Numbered from the stretch's first letter, positions 10,114 through 21,155 are shown. The stretch: 64,000 nucleotides of DNA from Nitrospirota bacterium (GCA_963751455.1 CAVVUN010000015.1:480001-544000); one strand, 5' to 3'. Notes: generated by a model not told the origin, from the letters alone. Numbers and translations are program-made.

Positions 10114-10142
10114 TTGACGCTGACTATACGAAGAGTTATTAT
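10114..10142 (+). promoter_or_regulatory. Sigma70-like promoter
   Basis: TTGACG-N17-TATTAT upstream of the 10181 ORF. Confidence 0.5.
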
Positions 10143-10180
10143 CGTACGTCTTTATCATCAAGAAAAGAGTTCAATTTATC

Positions 10181-10864
10181 ATGTTCTTTGTTTTCCTGGC
10201 AATCGGCCTTGTCCTTATTCCATCTGCCGCTTTAGCATGGGGCCCGCTTACTCACATTTTCCTCGGGAATGAACTTCTGGCGTGCGCCCCTTTGATCCCC
10301 GCCGGCATCCTTGCGCTTATCAAAAAACACAAGCAGGATTATCTTTACGGGAATCTAATGGCCGACATCATCATTGGGAAAAAATATCTTCCTGATGACA
10401 AAACCTCTCATTCATGGGATGTCGGGTTGAAACTTCTCGATCAGGCCAAGTCATGGCCTGAGCGCTCCTTTGCCTACGGTTATCTGTGCCATCTCGCCGC
10501 CGATACCGTCTGTCATGAGACGTTGACCGACGAAAAGGGAAATATGGGGCATACCTGGGTGGAAGTCAAAGCGGATAGTCTGATCGACAAGGCGTATTGG
10601 ATCCAGACTTTGAACATCAGCAAGGCCGTCCGAAAACGCAGCGACCTGCTACTCGAAAACTCGCTCGACCGTTTTCTGTTCTCCTTCAACACGAACAGGA
10701 TAATCTACAAAAGCATCGTATTTCTTTCGTTCCTGAATAAGAAACGCCGACGCGGCGTGGACCGGGAACTCATTCACGAACTCCACGAAGAATCGATCGC
10801 ACGGATGATTGATCTGCTCCAGAAAGGCACCGACTCCGCCGTGCTTGCCAAAAACCCTCTCTAA
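10181..10864 (+). CDS. Zinc-dependent phospholipase C family protein
   Basis: Signal peptide followed by WGPLTH; GYLCHLAADTVCH; H..VE..AD. Confidence 0.85.
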   Translation: MFFVFLAIGLVLIPSAALAWGPLTHIFLGNELLACAPLIPAGILALIKKHKQDYLYGNLMADIIIGKKYLPDDKTSHSWDVGLKLLDQAKSWPERSFAYGYLCHLAADTVCHETLTDEKGNMGHTWVEVKADSLIDKAYWIQTLNISKAVRKRSDLLLENSLDRFLFSFNTNRIIYKSIVFLSFLNKKRRRGVDRELIHELHEESIARMIDLLQKGTDSAVLAKNPL

Positions 10865-11039
10865 AACCGCTGGTTTATGTTGTTTTTTGCGTTATTCGGC
10901 AATTTAATGGAAATCCGCCTTTTTCCCGTGTTTCTCTAAAGTTTTCTATGATATTATTCTTCAGAGGCTGCCTGTTGCTTAGCGCTGCTTCTTTTTTGTG
11001 GTGCAGCACCGGCATTGGACATTGGTAAAGGAGGCGGGT

Positions 11040-11522
11040 ATGGAAGTTACAACGGTAAAAGTGGACGTACCGGAAGAGTGCAGCATGATTCTCGGACAGA
11101 CCCACTTTATTAAAACAGCGGAGGATCTCTACGAAATTATCGCAACAAGCGTGCCCCAGGCACGGTTCGGCATAGCCTTTACCGAGGCGTCAGGCCCATG
11201 TCTTATACGGACCGAAGGGAATGAGGCTGAACTTATATCCGCGTCCGTGAAGACGCTGGAAAAGATCGGCGCAGGCCATGTGTTCTGCATATTCCTTAAG
11301 AATGCCTTTCCCATCAATGTCCTGACGCAGATCAAAAACTGTCCGGAAGTGTGCGGCATCTTTTGCGCTACTGCGAACCCGGTTGAAGTGATAACAGCAT
11401 CCACGGCACAGGGTAAAGGAATACTCGGCGTCATAGACGGCTTCCTCCCGAAGGGCGTCGAAACCCCGGCAGATAAGGTTGCTCGAAAAGAATTCCTGAG
11501 GAAACTAGGGTACAAATTGTAG
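11040..11522 (+). CDS. Adenosine-specific kinase family protein (DUF355)
   Basis: GQTHFIKTAEDL, FGIAFTEASG, IFCATANP, GVIDG; GGAGG RBS. Confidence 0.9.
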   Translation: MEVTTVKVDVPEECSMILGQTHFIKTAEDLYEIIATSVPQARFGIAFTEASGPCLIRTEGNEAELISASVKTLEKIGAGHVFCIFLKNAFPINVLTQIKNCPEVCGIFCATANPVEVITASTAQGKGILGVIDGFLPKGVETPADKVARKEFLRKLGYKL

Positions 11523-11653
11523 CGACAACAGTACCGCAACACATAGCTTTTTTATGGTTCCGCTAAAGAAAAAGGTGCTTGCAAATTTACTTGAAAAGCA
11601 TTAAACTCCGAAAATTATAAAAGCTGCTTTAGTACATTTTTTGGAACAGGAGA

Positions 11654-12400
11654 GTGATCATGAAACGAATTATTACCTCAGTAACAAGTGCTTTACTCGT
11701 TATTTTGATTTATGGTAATGGCTACTCCGTTGAGACAAAACCGCCTGTAGCGCCGCCGCAACAGCGTGACGCGGACGAATTGTCGCTCTCGGGAAAAGTG
11801 ATTGAAACCATGAACGGCGGTTCATATACGTATGTGTGTCTTGAGAAAAAAGGCAAAAAGACCTGGGTTGCCGTTCCGATGATGGAGGTCAAGGTAGGAC
11901 AGAATATGGCGTTTGTGCCCGGCTCCGAAATGAGAAACTTCAGCAGTAAGACGCTTAACAGGACGTTCGAGAGCATCTATTTCTCCGGCGGACCCCTTGC
12001 AATATCGGCTACGAAGACGGCATCCGCACCACACGACGGCAGCAAATCTACGGCTGCTCCGGCAGCGGGCGGGAAGATCTCCGTTGAAAAAGCCGCCGGT
12101 CCCGACGCGTATACGATCGGCGAAATTTTCGCCAAAAAGAAATCTCTGGATAAGAAAACAGCTGTTGTCCGGGGCAAAGTTGTGAAGGTCTCTTCCGGAA
12201 TCATGGGGAAGAACTGGTTCCATATTCAGGATGGGACCGGTGATTCCGCCAAAAAGACCCACAACCTCGTGGTTACTTCCCAGGATTCGCCGGCAGTCGG
12301 AGATGTCGTAATCGTAAAAGGCACTCTCTACAAAGACAAGGATTTCGGCGCAGGCTATAAATACGATATTATCATGGAGCAGGCAAAAATCCAGCGCTAA
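11654..12400 (+). CDS. Exported OB-fold protein (NrfJ-like)
   Basis: Signal peptide; GKVIETMNGGSYTY, KTLNRTF, GIMGKNWFHIQDGTG, KDFGAGYKY. Confidence 0.75.
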   Translation: MIMKRIITSVTSALLVILIYGNGYSVETKPPVAPPQQRDADELSLSGKVIETMNGGSYTYVCLEKKGKKTWVAVPMMEVKVGQNMAFVPGSEMRNFSSKTLNRTFESIYFSGGPLAISATKTASAPHDGSKSTAAPAAGGKISVEKAAGPDAYTIGEIFAKKKSLDKKTAVVRGKVVKVSSGIMGKNWFHIQDGTGDSAKKTHNLVVTSQDSPAVGDVVIVKGTLYKDKDFGAGYKYDIIMEQAKIQR

Positions 12401-12417
12401 AACTGAGGAAGCGATAT

Positions 12418-12449
12418 GACAAGCCGGCGTGCAGTTGCGCCGGCTTGTC
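12418..12449 (+). terminator. Hairpin downstream of the NrfJ-like gene
   Basis: GACAAGCCGGCG...CGCCGGCTTGTC perfect stem. Confidence 0.6.
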
Positions 12450-12960
12450 TGCTACCCGGTGCTTTTAAGAGATGCGTAAAACAAAGCTTGACAAATTGCC
12501 GATTTTGATTGAAAATCATGTTGTCATCGCCGGTTCGTATTTCGCTGAACGGCGTATCGATGTTTGACAGCAAATAGCGGTAATCGGGCGTTTCTAAGTA
12601 GTTTTTTTTTTATCCCATCTGACCGTCACTCAAAGTCGTCCCTCGTCCATTCACGGGTCTTTATCGCAATCCGAAAACCATAACCGGATTCACCCTATTT
12701 ACCCTATTAAGGCGGCAAGTTTCCAGGTCGGCAGTCCCGACAAGGCGGTCCCGGCGGATAAAGCCCTTTTCGCAAATCCTCGATATGCCGCCCGCAGCAT
12801 AAAGCACAGAGGGCATGTATGGTGTCAGGCGGCAACATGGGATCATTGTTCGCATCACAAAAATTGTTCTCCAACAGGGTTTACTTTTTCCCGCCGATTG
12901 TGCATAATACTCTTCCATGCCAATCGCGATGCAGCGCGCTGCGAAACTAAGGAGATATAC

Positions 12961-14745
12961 ATGAACGGATCCAGTAACCAAAAATTAAACATGTGGGTAC
13001 GCGAGGCTGCGGATTTATGCAAGCCCGACGCGGTGCACTGGTGCGACGGGTCGAAGGCTGAGTACGACAAAATGATGCAGATCATGCGGGAACGCGGGAT
13101 GGCGATCCCGCTCGGCAAACGGCCCAACAGTTATCTTTTTCGTTCGGATCCGAGCGACGTGGCACGCGTGGAAGACCGGACCTTCATAAGCACTTCATCA
13201 AAAGAAGAGGCCGGGCCCACGAACAACTGGGTTCACCCGGATGAACTCAAGAAAACAATGCGGGGGCTGTACAAGGGCTGCATGAAGGGCCGTATAATGT
13301 ATGTAATTCCGTTCTCCATGGGCCCCATCGGCTCCCCGATATCCAAAATAGGCGTCGAGCTGACAGACAGCCCGTATGTTGTCTGCAATATGCACCTAAT
13401 GACCCGGGTCGGCGCCAGCGTACTTGAAGTGCTCGGAGCGGACGGGGAGTTTATTCCGTGCCTGCATTCGATCGGCGCGCCTCTTGCTCCGGGCAGGAAG
13501 GACACGGCATGGCCTTGTGCCCCGATTGAAAAGAAATACATAAGCCATTTCCCCGAGGAGAACCTGATCTGGTCGTACGGGTCCGGGTACGGAGGCAATG
13601 CGTTGCTCGGAAAGAAATGTCTTGCGCTCAGGATTGCCTCGACCATGGCCAGAAGGGAAGGTTGGATGGCGGAACATATGCTGATCCTCCGCTTGACAAG
13701 TCCCGAAGGGAAGCACTATCACATTGCCGCCGCATTTCCATCCGCCTGCGGCAAGACCAACCTGGCAATGATGCAGCCCGCGGTCCCGGGCTGGAAATGC
13801 GAATGCATCGGCGACGATATCGCCTGGATGAAGGTGAAGGATGACGGCCGTCTCTATGCAATCAATCCGGAAAGCGGTTTCTTCGGCGTGGCGCCCGGGA
13901 CATCGTACAGCACGAATCCCATGGCGATGGACACCCTGAAGGAGAATGTCATCTTCACGAACTGCGCTTTGACGGACGACGGCGATGTATGGTGGGAAGG
14001 CATGACCGACGAGTCGCCGTCACACGCCATAGATTGGAAAGGCCGGGACTGGACGCCTGCCAGCGCCGAGGACGCTGCGCATCCCAACGCGCGCTTTACC
14101 GCGCCTGCATCGCAATGTCCCGTCATCTGTAAGGACTGGGAAAACCCGCAGGGCGTACCGATCGACATCTTTATCTTCGGCGGACGCAGGACGAGCGTAG
14201 TGCCGCTCGTGACCGAGGCTTTTTCCTGGGACCACGGGGTGTTCCTCGGTGCGACAGCGGCTTCGGAGACCACATCCGCGAACATCGGAGCAGTCGGAAA
14301 CCTCCGGCGTGATCCCTTTGCCATGAAGCCGTTCCTCGCATACCACATGGGCGACTACTTTCAACACTGGCTCGCGATGGGCGACCGGCTTGGTCCGAAG
14401 GCGCCAAGGATCTTTTACGTGAACTGGTTCCGGAAGAGCGGCGAGGGCAAATTCCTCTGGCCGGGCTTCAGCGATAACAGCCGGGTGCTCAAGTGGATAT
14501 GTGAACGCGTGGACGGAAAAAGAGACGCGAAGAAGACGCCGATCGGGTTGATGCCGAAGGATGGAGACCTCGACCTGCGCGGACTTGATATTGCATCCGA
14601 CGACATGAAGGCGCTTATGGATGTGGATGTGAAGGCGTGGAAGGCGGAGATTCCGGACATCGAGAAGCACTTCGCGCTCTTCGGAAAACGCCTGCCGGAG
14701 CGGCTCAAAAAGCAGCTCGAGGAGCTCAGGAAACGGCTGGGATAA
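12961..14745 (+). CDS. pckG: Phosphoenolpyruvate carboxykinase (GTP)
   Basis: [43 protein letters not shown]; AAGGAG RBS before ATG 12961. Confidence 0.97.
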   Translation: MNGSSNQKLNMWVREAADLCKPDAVHWCDGSKAEYDKMMQIMRERGMAIPLGKRPNSYLFRSDPSDVARVEDRTFISTSSKEEAGPTNNWVHPDELKKTMRGLYKGCMKGRIMYVIPFSMGPIGSPISKIGVELTDSPYVVCNMHLMTRVGASVLEVLGADGEFIPCLHSIGAPLAPGRKDTAWPCAPIEKKYISHFPEENLIWSYGSGYGGNALLGKKCLALRIASTMARREGWMAEHMLILRLTSPEGKHYHIAAAFPSACGKTNLAMMQPAVPGWKCECIGDDIAWMKVKDDGRLYAINPESGFFGVAPGTSYSTNPMAMDTLKENVIFTNCALTDDGDVWWEGMTDESPSHAIDWKGRDWTPASAEDAAHPNARFTAPASQCPVICKDWENPQGVPIDIFIFGGRRTSVVPLVTEAFSWDHGVFLGATAASETTSANIGAVGNLRRDPFAMKPFLAYHMGDYFQHWLAMGDRLGPKAPRIFYVNWFRKSGEGKFLWPGFSDNSRVLKWICERVDGKRDAKKTPIGLMPKDGDLDLRGLDIASDDMKALMDVDVKAWKAEIPDIEKHFALFGKRLPERLKKQLEELRKRLG

Positions 14746-14950
14746 AAAGCCTCCACGGTGAGAAGACACAGGGGGCGGTCCTGAAGGTTACGAAACCCGT
14801 TTCGTCAAACGTCTAGATAACGGCAAAAGCAAAAAGGACGAACGACGTAACCGTCTAACGAAACGGGTATCGTCGCCGTTACTTGTTGATTCAGCTCGTC
14901 CAGGATCAGGATTTGGAAGCTGATACCTTGAGATTTCCCTTTTTATTAAC

Positions 14951-16720
14951 ATGGATCCTTCAACCATAAAAGATGCGTGGGGAACGCCGTCCTCTCGAAG
15001 ACGCACCGAAAAAAACCCTCCCCATAAAGCGCTCATAAACGTTCTGGGCGTTGTTTATCTCCACACCAAAACAGAGGACGGGGGAGACCTGTATCTAACT
15101 CCGTTTGCCGTGGCCCGCCACAAATTTCTCGAGATCAAAAACTGGTACGAGCATAAGTGGTTTACGAAGCACCGGGTACGTCTTCTAGGGACGAGCTCCG
15201 TGTACCGCGTCCCTACCAGGCGCGTAGACGGCGAGCGGCTCGACCTTGTCGTCAAAAACTGCCGCGTCGGCGAAGACGTTCCTCTCAATACGCACACGCT
15301 GCAGGAGTTCTGCAACGCGGAGTTCAACAGCCCCTGGGAGGAGTTTGCTCTCGTCATGGAAATGGCCGAGAAACAGCAGGGGCATCAGGACGGCAGGGTA
15401 AGGGCGCAGCTTCCGCTGGCGATATACATTCCTCCGCAGCGGATGCAGCTCTGGCAGAGCGGTCGATCCCGGTCTAAGATCAATCGGATCCGCGCGCGGC
15501 ATCCCGGCATCGACCTCGATATTCTCAAACAGTATAAGCTTATTTATGAATGGATCCGCGGCAAGAACCTGACTGAGATTTTCGAGCATATCAGGATGGA
15601 GCTTCCCGACGTCGTTTATCATCTCCAGGCGATGCAGAAGAAGGCCTTCGATGACCTGAGCGCAAAAGGTTATCTCATGGCAGATATAAAACCCGAGCAC
15701 GTAATTCTGGACGAGGAGGACTGCGCCCAAATCGAGAAACTCGGCAAGGGCCGGAATGGCGGCGCAGCCGCGAGACAGGTGGAGATGGTCTACGAGTTGC
15801 TGAATCAGGGGAAGTACTCGATGATCGATTACGAACTGCTGTTCAGGACTCCCGAGCATGAGGACCGGGTAAAATGCTCCCGGCGTCACTGCTACCTGGA
15901 TGATATGAGGGACCGGCTTGCACCGACGTCCCTGCCGTCCCACCTTACCCGCGTGGACATATACGGTGTGCCGTATATTTTCGGACGCGCTGAAAGCACG
16001 GGCGGCCGCATGTGGGTTGTCGGAAGAAATGCACGCCTGTTCGATTACTTTCTTCCCGAGCGCTGGCGCAAGACGCCCTCGCTCAGCCTGTCCAATACGA
16101 ACGAGGTTTTTTACACCGTGACCAAGGACAACATCCATCTGGTCTGGAAAACCTCGAGGGTGGGCGAGATCCCGGACAACAAATACAACGCTGAGGAAAT
16201 CGCGAAGGTCAAAGAATACGGGATTAACAGCCCGTTCGAAGAGTTCGCGATCTCTCAATCTCTCAACGAACAGGGGATCCATTCCGTATACGTACGCGCG
16301 GTATATATGACCGGCAGCGCCAAAGTGGAGCGGTCGATCGACCCCAGGAAGTTCGAGTCCCACAAGGCAATACTCGACAGCGACGGCAAACCTGTCCTCG
16401 ACGCAGGGCATAATTACATCACGATTCGCGGCTATTATAACGGACCGGACAAATGGGTGTCCGAACATCAGGACGCGTCGCTGCTCACCCCGCTTGATCT
16501 CGACAGGGCGGTACGGAAAAAGATCATCGATGAGTCTCAATGCAGAATTTACCTGGAGAAGGCGGTCGAGCGGCTGCGCGCAGCCGGCTATGACGGGTCG
16601 CTGCTCAAAGCGAACGACCTTCTCCTGGCTCTCGATGCCAAAGATGGGATAATGAAGGACGAAGCAGGCGAGCCGGACATCATCATATGCAATTTCGAAA
16701 TCCTCTGGAAGCTCAAATGA
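14951..16720 (+). CDS. Hypothetical protein with two tandem atypical kinase-like repeats
   Basis: LVVKNCRVGE...NSPWEEF...DIKPEH...IDYE is repeated as LVWKTSRVGE...NSPFEEF...LLKAND...CNFE. Confidence 0.8.
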   Translation: MDPSTIKDAWGTPSSRRRTEKNPPHKALINVLGVVYLHTKTEDGGDLYLTPFAVARHKFLEIKNWYEHKWFTKHRVRLLGTSSVYRVPTRRVDGERLDLVVKNCRVGEDVPLNTHTLQEFCNAEFNSPWEEFALVMEMAEKQQGHQDGRVRAQLPLAIYIPPQRMQLWQSGRSRSKINRIRARHPGIDLDILKQYKLIYEWIRGKNLTEIFEHIRMELPDVVYHLQAMQKKAFDDLSAKGYLMADIKPEHVILDEEDCAQIEKLGKGRNGGAAARQVEMVYELLNQGKYSMIDYELLFRTPEHEDRVKCSRRHCYLDDMRDRLAPTSLPSHLTRVDIYGVPYIFGRAESTGGRMWVVGRNARLFDYFLPERWRKTPSLSLSNTNEVFYTVTKDNIHLVWKTSRVGEIPDNKYNAEEIAKVKEYGINSPFEEFAISQSLNEQGIHSVYVRAVYMTGSAKVERSIDPRKFESHKAILDSDGKPVLDAGHNYITIRGYYNGPDKWVSEHQDASLLTPLDLDRAVRKKIIDESQCRIYLEKAVERLRAAGYDGSLLKANDLLLALDAKDGIMKDEAGEPDIIICNFEILWKLK

Positions 16721-16840
16721 GATCGACCACGAAGACACGAACAGAAAATTTTCGAATCCCTGTCAAACATCTCGATACCTTTCAATCTAAATTCCAAGTC
16801 TTTTGCCATATGCTTAATCGGTTCTAACGAGGCGACAGCG

Positions 16841-18292
16841 ATGACCGCAAACCAGACAGCTACCGCTTACGAGAAACGCTATCAGATACTGGCCGCAGTC
16901 ATGCTCGGCAGCGTTATGGGGCCCATCGACGCCAGCATCGTCAATGTCGTTCTTCCCACAATCGCCGAGTCCCTGGGCGCGGATGTTTCAAAGGCGCAAT
17001 GGGTGCCTATGGTGTACCTTCTCACGATCGGCAGTCTGCTCATGTTCTTCGGGCGTCTCGGGGACATCGTCGGCTACAAGAAGGTCTACTTATCAGGCCT
17101 TGCAGGCTTCGTGGTTACGTCGGGGTTATGCGGTCTTGCCCCGACGATAAAGCGGCTGATTGTATTCAGGGCTTTGCAGGGACTTTCCTCGGCCATGCTC
17201 ATGTCCATGCCTTTCGCGGTGATAACCGCTGCCTTCCCGCCCCAGCAGAGGGGTAAAGCGCTGGGCATCAACGCTATCGGCATCTCAGCCGGTCTTGCGA
17301 TAGGCCCCTCTCTGGGGGGTCTTCTTGCTTCCTCCTTCGGATGGCCCTCCGTGTTTTTGATCAATATTCCGATCGGAATCGCGGGTTTGCTCTGGGGAAG
17401 CCGCATTATTCCGGATGTCAAGGGAAGGCCCGCGAGAATAGATATACCAGGCGTCGTGCTCGGTTCTCTTTCCCTGGTGTTTCTGATTCTCCTCGTTAAT
17501 CACTTTCGAAATCCGGGGTTAACTTTCACGACCGGCGCAATGCTGCTTGCTGCGCTTGTGTGCGTAGTAGCTTTCCTTAAGGTAGAAAATAAAGTTCCCG
17601 AGCCTATGCTCCATCTCGGCCTTTTTAAAAGCGCTACCTTTTCTTTTGCCAATATCAGCGCTCTCCTCAATTTCATGTCGCAGTATATCATGGTCTTTCT
17701 CACTCCGTTCTTCCTCCAACGGGTTCTCCAACTCGGCCCAAACCGGGTCGGCCTTGTCATGACCTCATTCCCGCTTGCTGTCATGGCGGTCGCGCCGTTC
17801 AGCGGAGCATTGTCGGACCGGATCGGCACACGCAAGCTTGCCTTTACGGGAGCCGGACTGTGCGCCGTATCGCTCTTCCTCATGAGCCGCCTGCCGTCGT
17901 TCGCCGGCCCCGCCGATGTGGTCTGGAGAGTGGCGATATTCGGCCTGGGTACCGGCATCTTTCAATCTCCGAATAACAGCGCTGCAATGAGCAGCGTGCC
18001 GAAGCAGCACCTGGGAATCGCTTCCGGTATCCTGGCCACGGTGCGGACAACGGGCATGGTGCTGGGCATTGCGACGGCAGGGACAGTGCTGGCTGCTTTC
18101 GCCGAACCTTCGATACTGCAAAAAATATCCCTGGCCGGTTCCGACTCCGACAGCTTTATGACCGGGCTGCGCTATGCCTACCAGGCCGGAGGCATACTGA
18201 CAGCCCTGGCTGCCCTCACTTCCCTGCTCAAAAGCAGAGAAGAAAAAGACCTAAAACCGGCAAATAATTCTTTCCAGCCGCCGACTCCATGA
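16841..18292 (+). CDS. MFS transporter, DHA2 (14-TM) family
   Basis: DASIVNV, GRLGDIVG, RALQG, GPSLGG, SPNN motifs; many TM segments. Confidence 0.92.
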   Translation: MTANQTATAYEKRYQILAAVMLGSVMGPIDASIVNVVLPTIAESLGADVSKAQWVPMVYLLTIGSLLMFFGRLGDIVGYKKVYLSGLAGFVVTSGLCGLAPTIKRLIVFRALQGLSSAMLMSMPFAVITAAFPPQQRGKALGINAIGISAGLAIGPSLGGLLASSFGWPSVFLINIPIGIAGLLWGSRIIPDVKGRPARIDIPGVVLGSLSLVFLILLVNHFRNPGLTFTTGAMLLAALVCVVAFLKVENKVPEPMLHLGLFKSATFSFANISALLNFMSQYIMVFLTPFFLQRVLQLGPNRVGLVMTSFPLAVMAVAPFSGALSDRIGTRKLAFTGAGLCAVSLFLMSRLPSFAGPADVVWRVAIFGLGTGIFQSPNNSAAMSSVPKQHLGIASGILATVRTTGMVLGIATAGTVLAAFAEPSILQKISLAGSDSDSFMTGLRYAYQAGGILTALAALTSLLKSREEKDLKPANNSFQPPTP

Positions 18293-18363
18293 TCTCGGAA
18301 GTATCGTGTCAGCTTGACGCTGCGAGTTCATCACATGATCATGCATCTGCAAGGGTTTAAGAT

Positions 18364-20403
18364 ATGAAAAAACCAGAAGGCCATTTCATAACGAAAAATA
18401 TGCCGGCGATAGTAATGCTGGCAGCGGGGTTACTATTTTCTATTTTTACGTTCGTCCTTATGCAAAGAATGGAGTTTAAAAGTCTTCGGCAGGAATTTAT
18501 TATTAATACTGAAAATTACGCCGTGGCTTTAAAGAAAAGCATCGATGGAAATATTAATGCGCTTCACGCGATCGAAGGTCTTTATGCCTCCTCTCGCACA
18601 GTGTCAAGAGCCGAGTTCCGGAGCTTTGTCGGCAGCATACTGTCTCACAGCGACGGCATACACTCGCTCCGATGGGTACCGCGCGTTGCAGCCTGGGAAA
18701 GATCCAAATATGAAACTGCCGCAGTCAGGGACGGCCTCGCTGATTATCACTTTGCCGAGTTGAATTCACAAAAAAAGATGACGCCTGCCGCGAAGCGAAA
18801 TGAATACTTTCCCATCTATTTTGCAGAGCCATTCAGCGTGAGCGAGTTGGTGCTGGGCCTGGACTTGTCCGCAAGTCCCAAACGCAGATCTTCTCTGGAA
18901 AAGGCACGAGATACAGGCGCAGCAATAGCAACATCCAGGATCACCTTGCTTCAGGAGAGCGGCCAACAATTCTCCTTCGTGGTCTTGCACCCGATATATC
19001 GCTACGGTTTCCAGCATAATATGGTCCAAGAACGCAGAAAACATCTGCTTGGGTATGCCGTGGGTGTTTTCCGCTTCGGCGATATGGTAGATGCTGCCCT
19101 TCGCGGGATAAAGCTGAGGGGCGTTGAAATATCTCTGAGCGATGATTCCGCACCGCCGGAAAAAAGGCAGCTCTACTCAAACGTACAACAGAATAATCTC
19201 GAGAGCGACGTTCTTAATTTCACAAAAACACTGAACGTTGCTGACCGTAAATGGACGGTAAAGTTCCACTCGACGCCGGAATACCTCTCAACGCATAAGA
19301 CGCCTTATGCATGGGTGATTCTTGCAGCGGGACTTATATTGAGCTTTCTGCTGTCCTTGTACGTGTTTAAAATGAAACGCCACACGCTTGAAACGGAGCG
19401 ATCAAAGGATACGATAGCCACGGTGCTGAACAGTATCGACGCCGCCATTGCGATCATAGACTCAAAGGACATGCGCATTTTGGCGGTGAATAATGCTTTT
19501 ATTCGAAAATCCGAGGTCCGTGAACGGCAAATCACCGGCAAACGCTGTGATGAGATCATCTCTCCCGGGCATCTTCCGTGCGACCGGTTTTGCGAAGAAT
19601 GTCCCGTGACGGTAACGATCAGAACCGGGCAGCATTGCGCGCGCGAGATTATCCATGGCGCCGACGGCAGCAAGAGACACATTGAAGTGAATGCATACCC
19701 GGTAAGGGATGAAACAGGGAGCGCTGTACAGGTAGTCCACGTTGCGCAGGATGTTACCGAGCGAAAGCTGGCCGAGAACGTCCGGCTCGAGGAGCAGCAG
19801 GTGCGGCGAATGTCTGCAGAGCGGCAAGCGGTCCAAACTCAGCTGCGGATGCTCCAGGCCCAGATAGAGCCGCATTTCTTGTTTAATACGCTCGCCAATA
19901 TCATAAGTCTTATCGACAAGGAGCCGAAATCCGCGAAGGAAATGCTGCAGCTTATTACAAAGTCGCTCCGCCTTTCACTCCAGCGTTCAAGGGAGGACGT
20001 CTCTACGATCGGCCAGGAGGCTGAAATGCTCAGAGACTACCTCAGCATCTTCAAAATGCGGCTGGGACCGAGATTGGAGTTTATCATAGAGATCCCGAAT
20101 GAACTGCTCGAACTTCCGTTTCCGCCGATGCTCTTGCAGCCGCTTGTGGAAAACGCAATCAAGCACGGCATTGAGCCCAAGGTCGAGGGCGGCCGCATAA
20201 CAATCAGGGCGGGAAAGTCCGAGGGACTGCTGCGGCTATCGGTTTCCGATACAGGCCTCGGTTTTTCGGAAGTGACGGCTAACGGACTTGGACTCGAAAA
20301 TGTGAAAGCCCGTCTTCAGGCGCTTTATAAGAATGGCGCCGGTTTGATACTCGAGGAAAACATCCCGTGCGGCGCTACCGCGACTATTGAGGTCCCTTTA
20401 TGA
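18364..20403 (+). CDS. CHASE-PAS sensor histidine kinase, LytS/AlgZ family
   Basis: Periplasmic CHASE (YFPIYFAEP..LGLDL), PAS, LQAQIEPHFLFNTL, QPLVENAIKHG, GLGLENV. Confidence 0.93.
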   Translation: MKKPEGHFITKNMPAIVMLAAGLLFSIFTFVLMQRMEFKSLRQEFIINTENYAVALKKSIDGNINALHAIEGLYASSRTVSRAEFRSFVGSILSHSDGIHSLRWVPRVAAWERSKYETAAVRDGLADYHFAELNSQKKMTPAAKRNEYFPIYFAEPFSVSELVLGLDLSASPKRRSSLEKARDTGAAIATSRITLLQESGQQFSFVVLHPIYRYGFQHNMVQERRKHLLGYAVGVFRFGDMVDAALRGIKLRGVEISLSDDSAPPEKRQLYSNVQQNNLESDVLNFTKTLNVADRKWTVKFHSTPEYLSTHKTPYAWVILAAGLILSFLLSLYVFKMKRHTLETERSKDTIATVLNSIDAAIAIIDSKDMRILAVNNAFIRKSEVRERQITGKRCDEIISPGHLPCDRFCEECPVTVTIRTGQHCAREIIHGADGSKRHIEVNAYPVRDETGSAVQVVHVAQDVTERKLAENVRLEEQQVRRMSAERQAVQTQLRMLQAQIEPHFLFNTLANIISLIDKEPKSAKEMLQLITKSLRLSLQRSREDVSTIGQEAEMLRDYLSIFKMRLGPRLEFIIEIPNELLELPFPPMLLQPLVENAIKHGIEPKVEGGRITIRAGKSEGLLRLSVSDTGLGFSEVTANGLGLENVKARLQALYKNGAGLILEENIPCGATATIEVPL

Positions 20404-21155
20404 GCATTCGTGCGCTTATTGCGGATGATGAACCGCATCTTACGGAGTATCTTGCCGGACGACTCGCAGAATTGTGGCCCGAGCTGGAGATTTGCGGGAT
20501 TGCCGCGAACGGCAATGATGCTCTCGCGATGATTAATACTGAGAAGCCTGATCTGGTGTTTCTCGACATCAAGATGCCCGGCATGTCGGGACTGGAAGTG
20601 GCCAGAAAAATGACTCATCCGAGCATGCTGGTCTTTGTAACCGCGTACCACAAATATGCCGTGAACGCGTTTGAAGAAGAGGCCGTGGATTACCTGCTCA
20701 AACCAGTGAGCGACCAGCGCCTCATCAGGTCGATAGCCCGGATAAAGGAGCGTTGTCTCCATACCGGAGGAGTCCGGGACCTGAGGCCGCTTTTGTCGAA
20801 ACTTACGCAGGCGCTGGAGAAAAAGGATGCTCGCGTGCGGTACCTGCGGGCGTCATCCGGCAAGGCCATACGGCTTGTTGCAGTTGAAGACGTCCTCTTC
20901 ATACGGGCCCGGTCCAAATACACCTCTGTGATAACCAGGGACGGCGAGTTTCTTATGCGCACGCCGCTCAGTGAACTGATCAAGCAACTGGATCCTGAAC
21001 GGTTCTGGCAGATTCACCGTTCTACGATTGTGAACGTTTCGAAGGTCGTCTCAGTAAGCCAGGCCGGACGAGAAACGTATTTACTCAGCCTGAGAGATTC
21101 CCAAGAGCTTCTACCCGTAAGTCGTTCTTTTATTCATCAGTTCAAGCAGATGTGA
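20400..21155 (+). CDS. LytTR family response regulator
   Basis: IADDE, FLDIKMPG, VTAY, DYLLKP, FWQIHRSTIVN, LPVSRS. Confidence 0.95.
   Translation: MSIRALIADDEPHLTEYLAGRLAELWPELEICGIAANGNDALAMINTEKPDLVFLDIKMPGMSGLEVARKMTHPSMLVFVTAYHKYAVNAFEEEAVDYLLKPVSDQRLIRSIARIKERCLHTGGVRDLRPLLSKLTQALEKKDARVRYLRASSGKAIRLVAVEDVLFIRARSKYTSVITRDGEFLMRTPLSELIKQLDPERFWQIHRSTIVNVSKVVSVSQAGRETYLLSLRDSQELLPVSRSFIHQFKQM

Noticed and set aside
15185-16738. 517-aa antisense ORF overlapping the kinase-like gene
   Set aside because: Mirror-frame ORF expected from codon bias; no recognisable motifs
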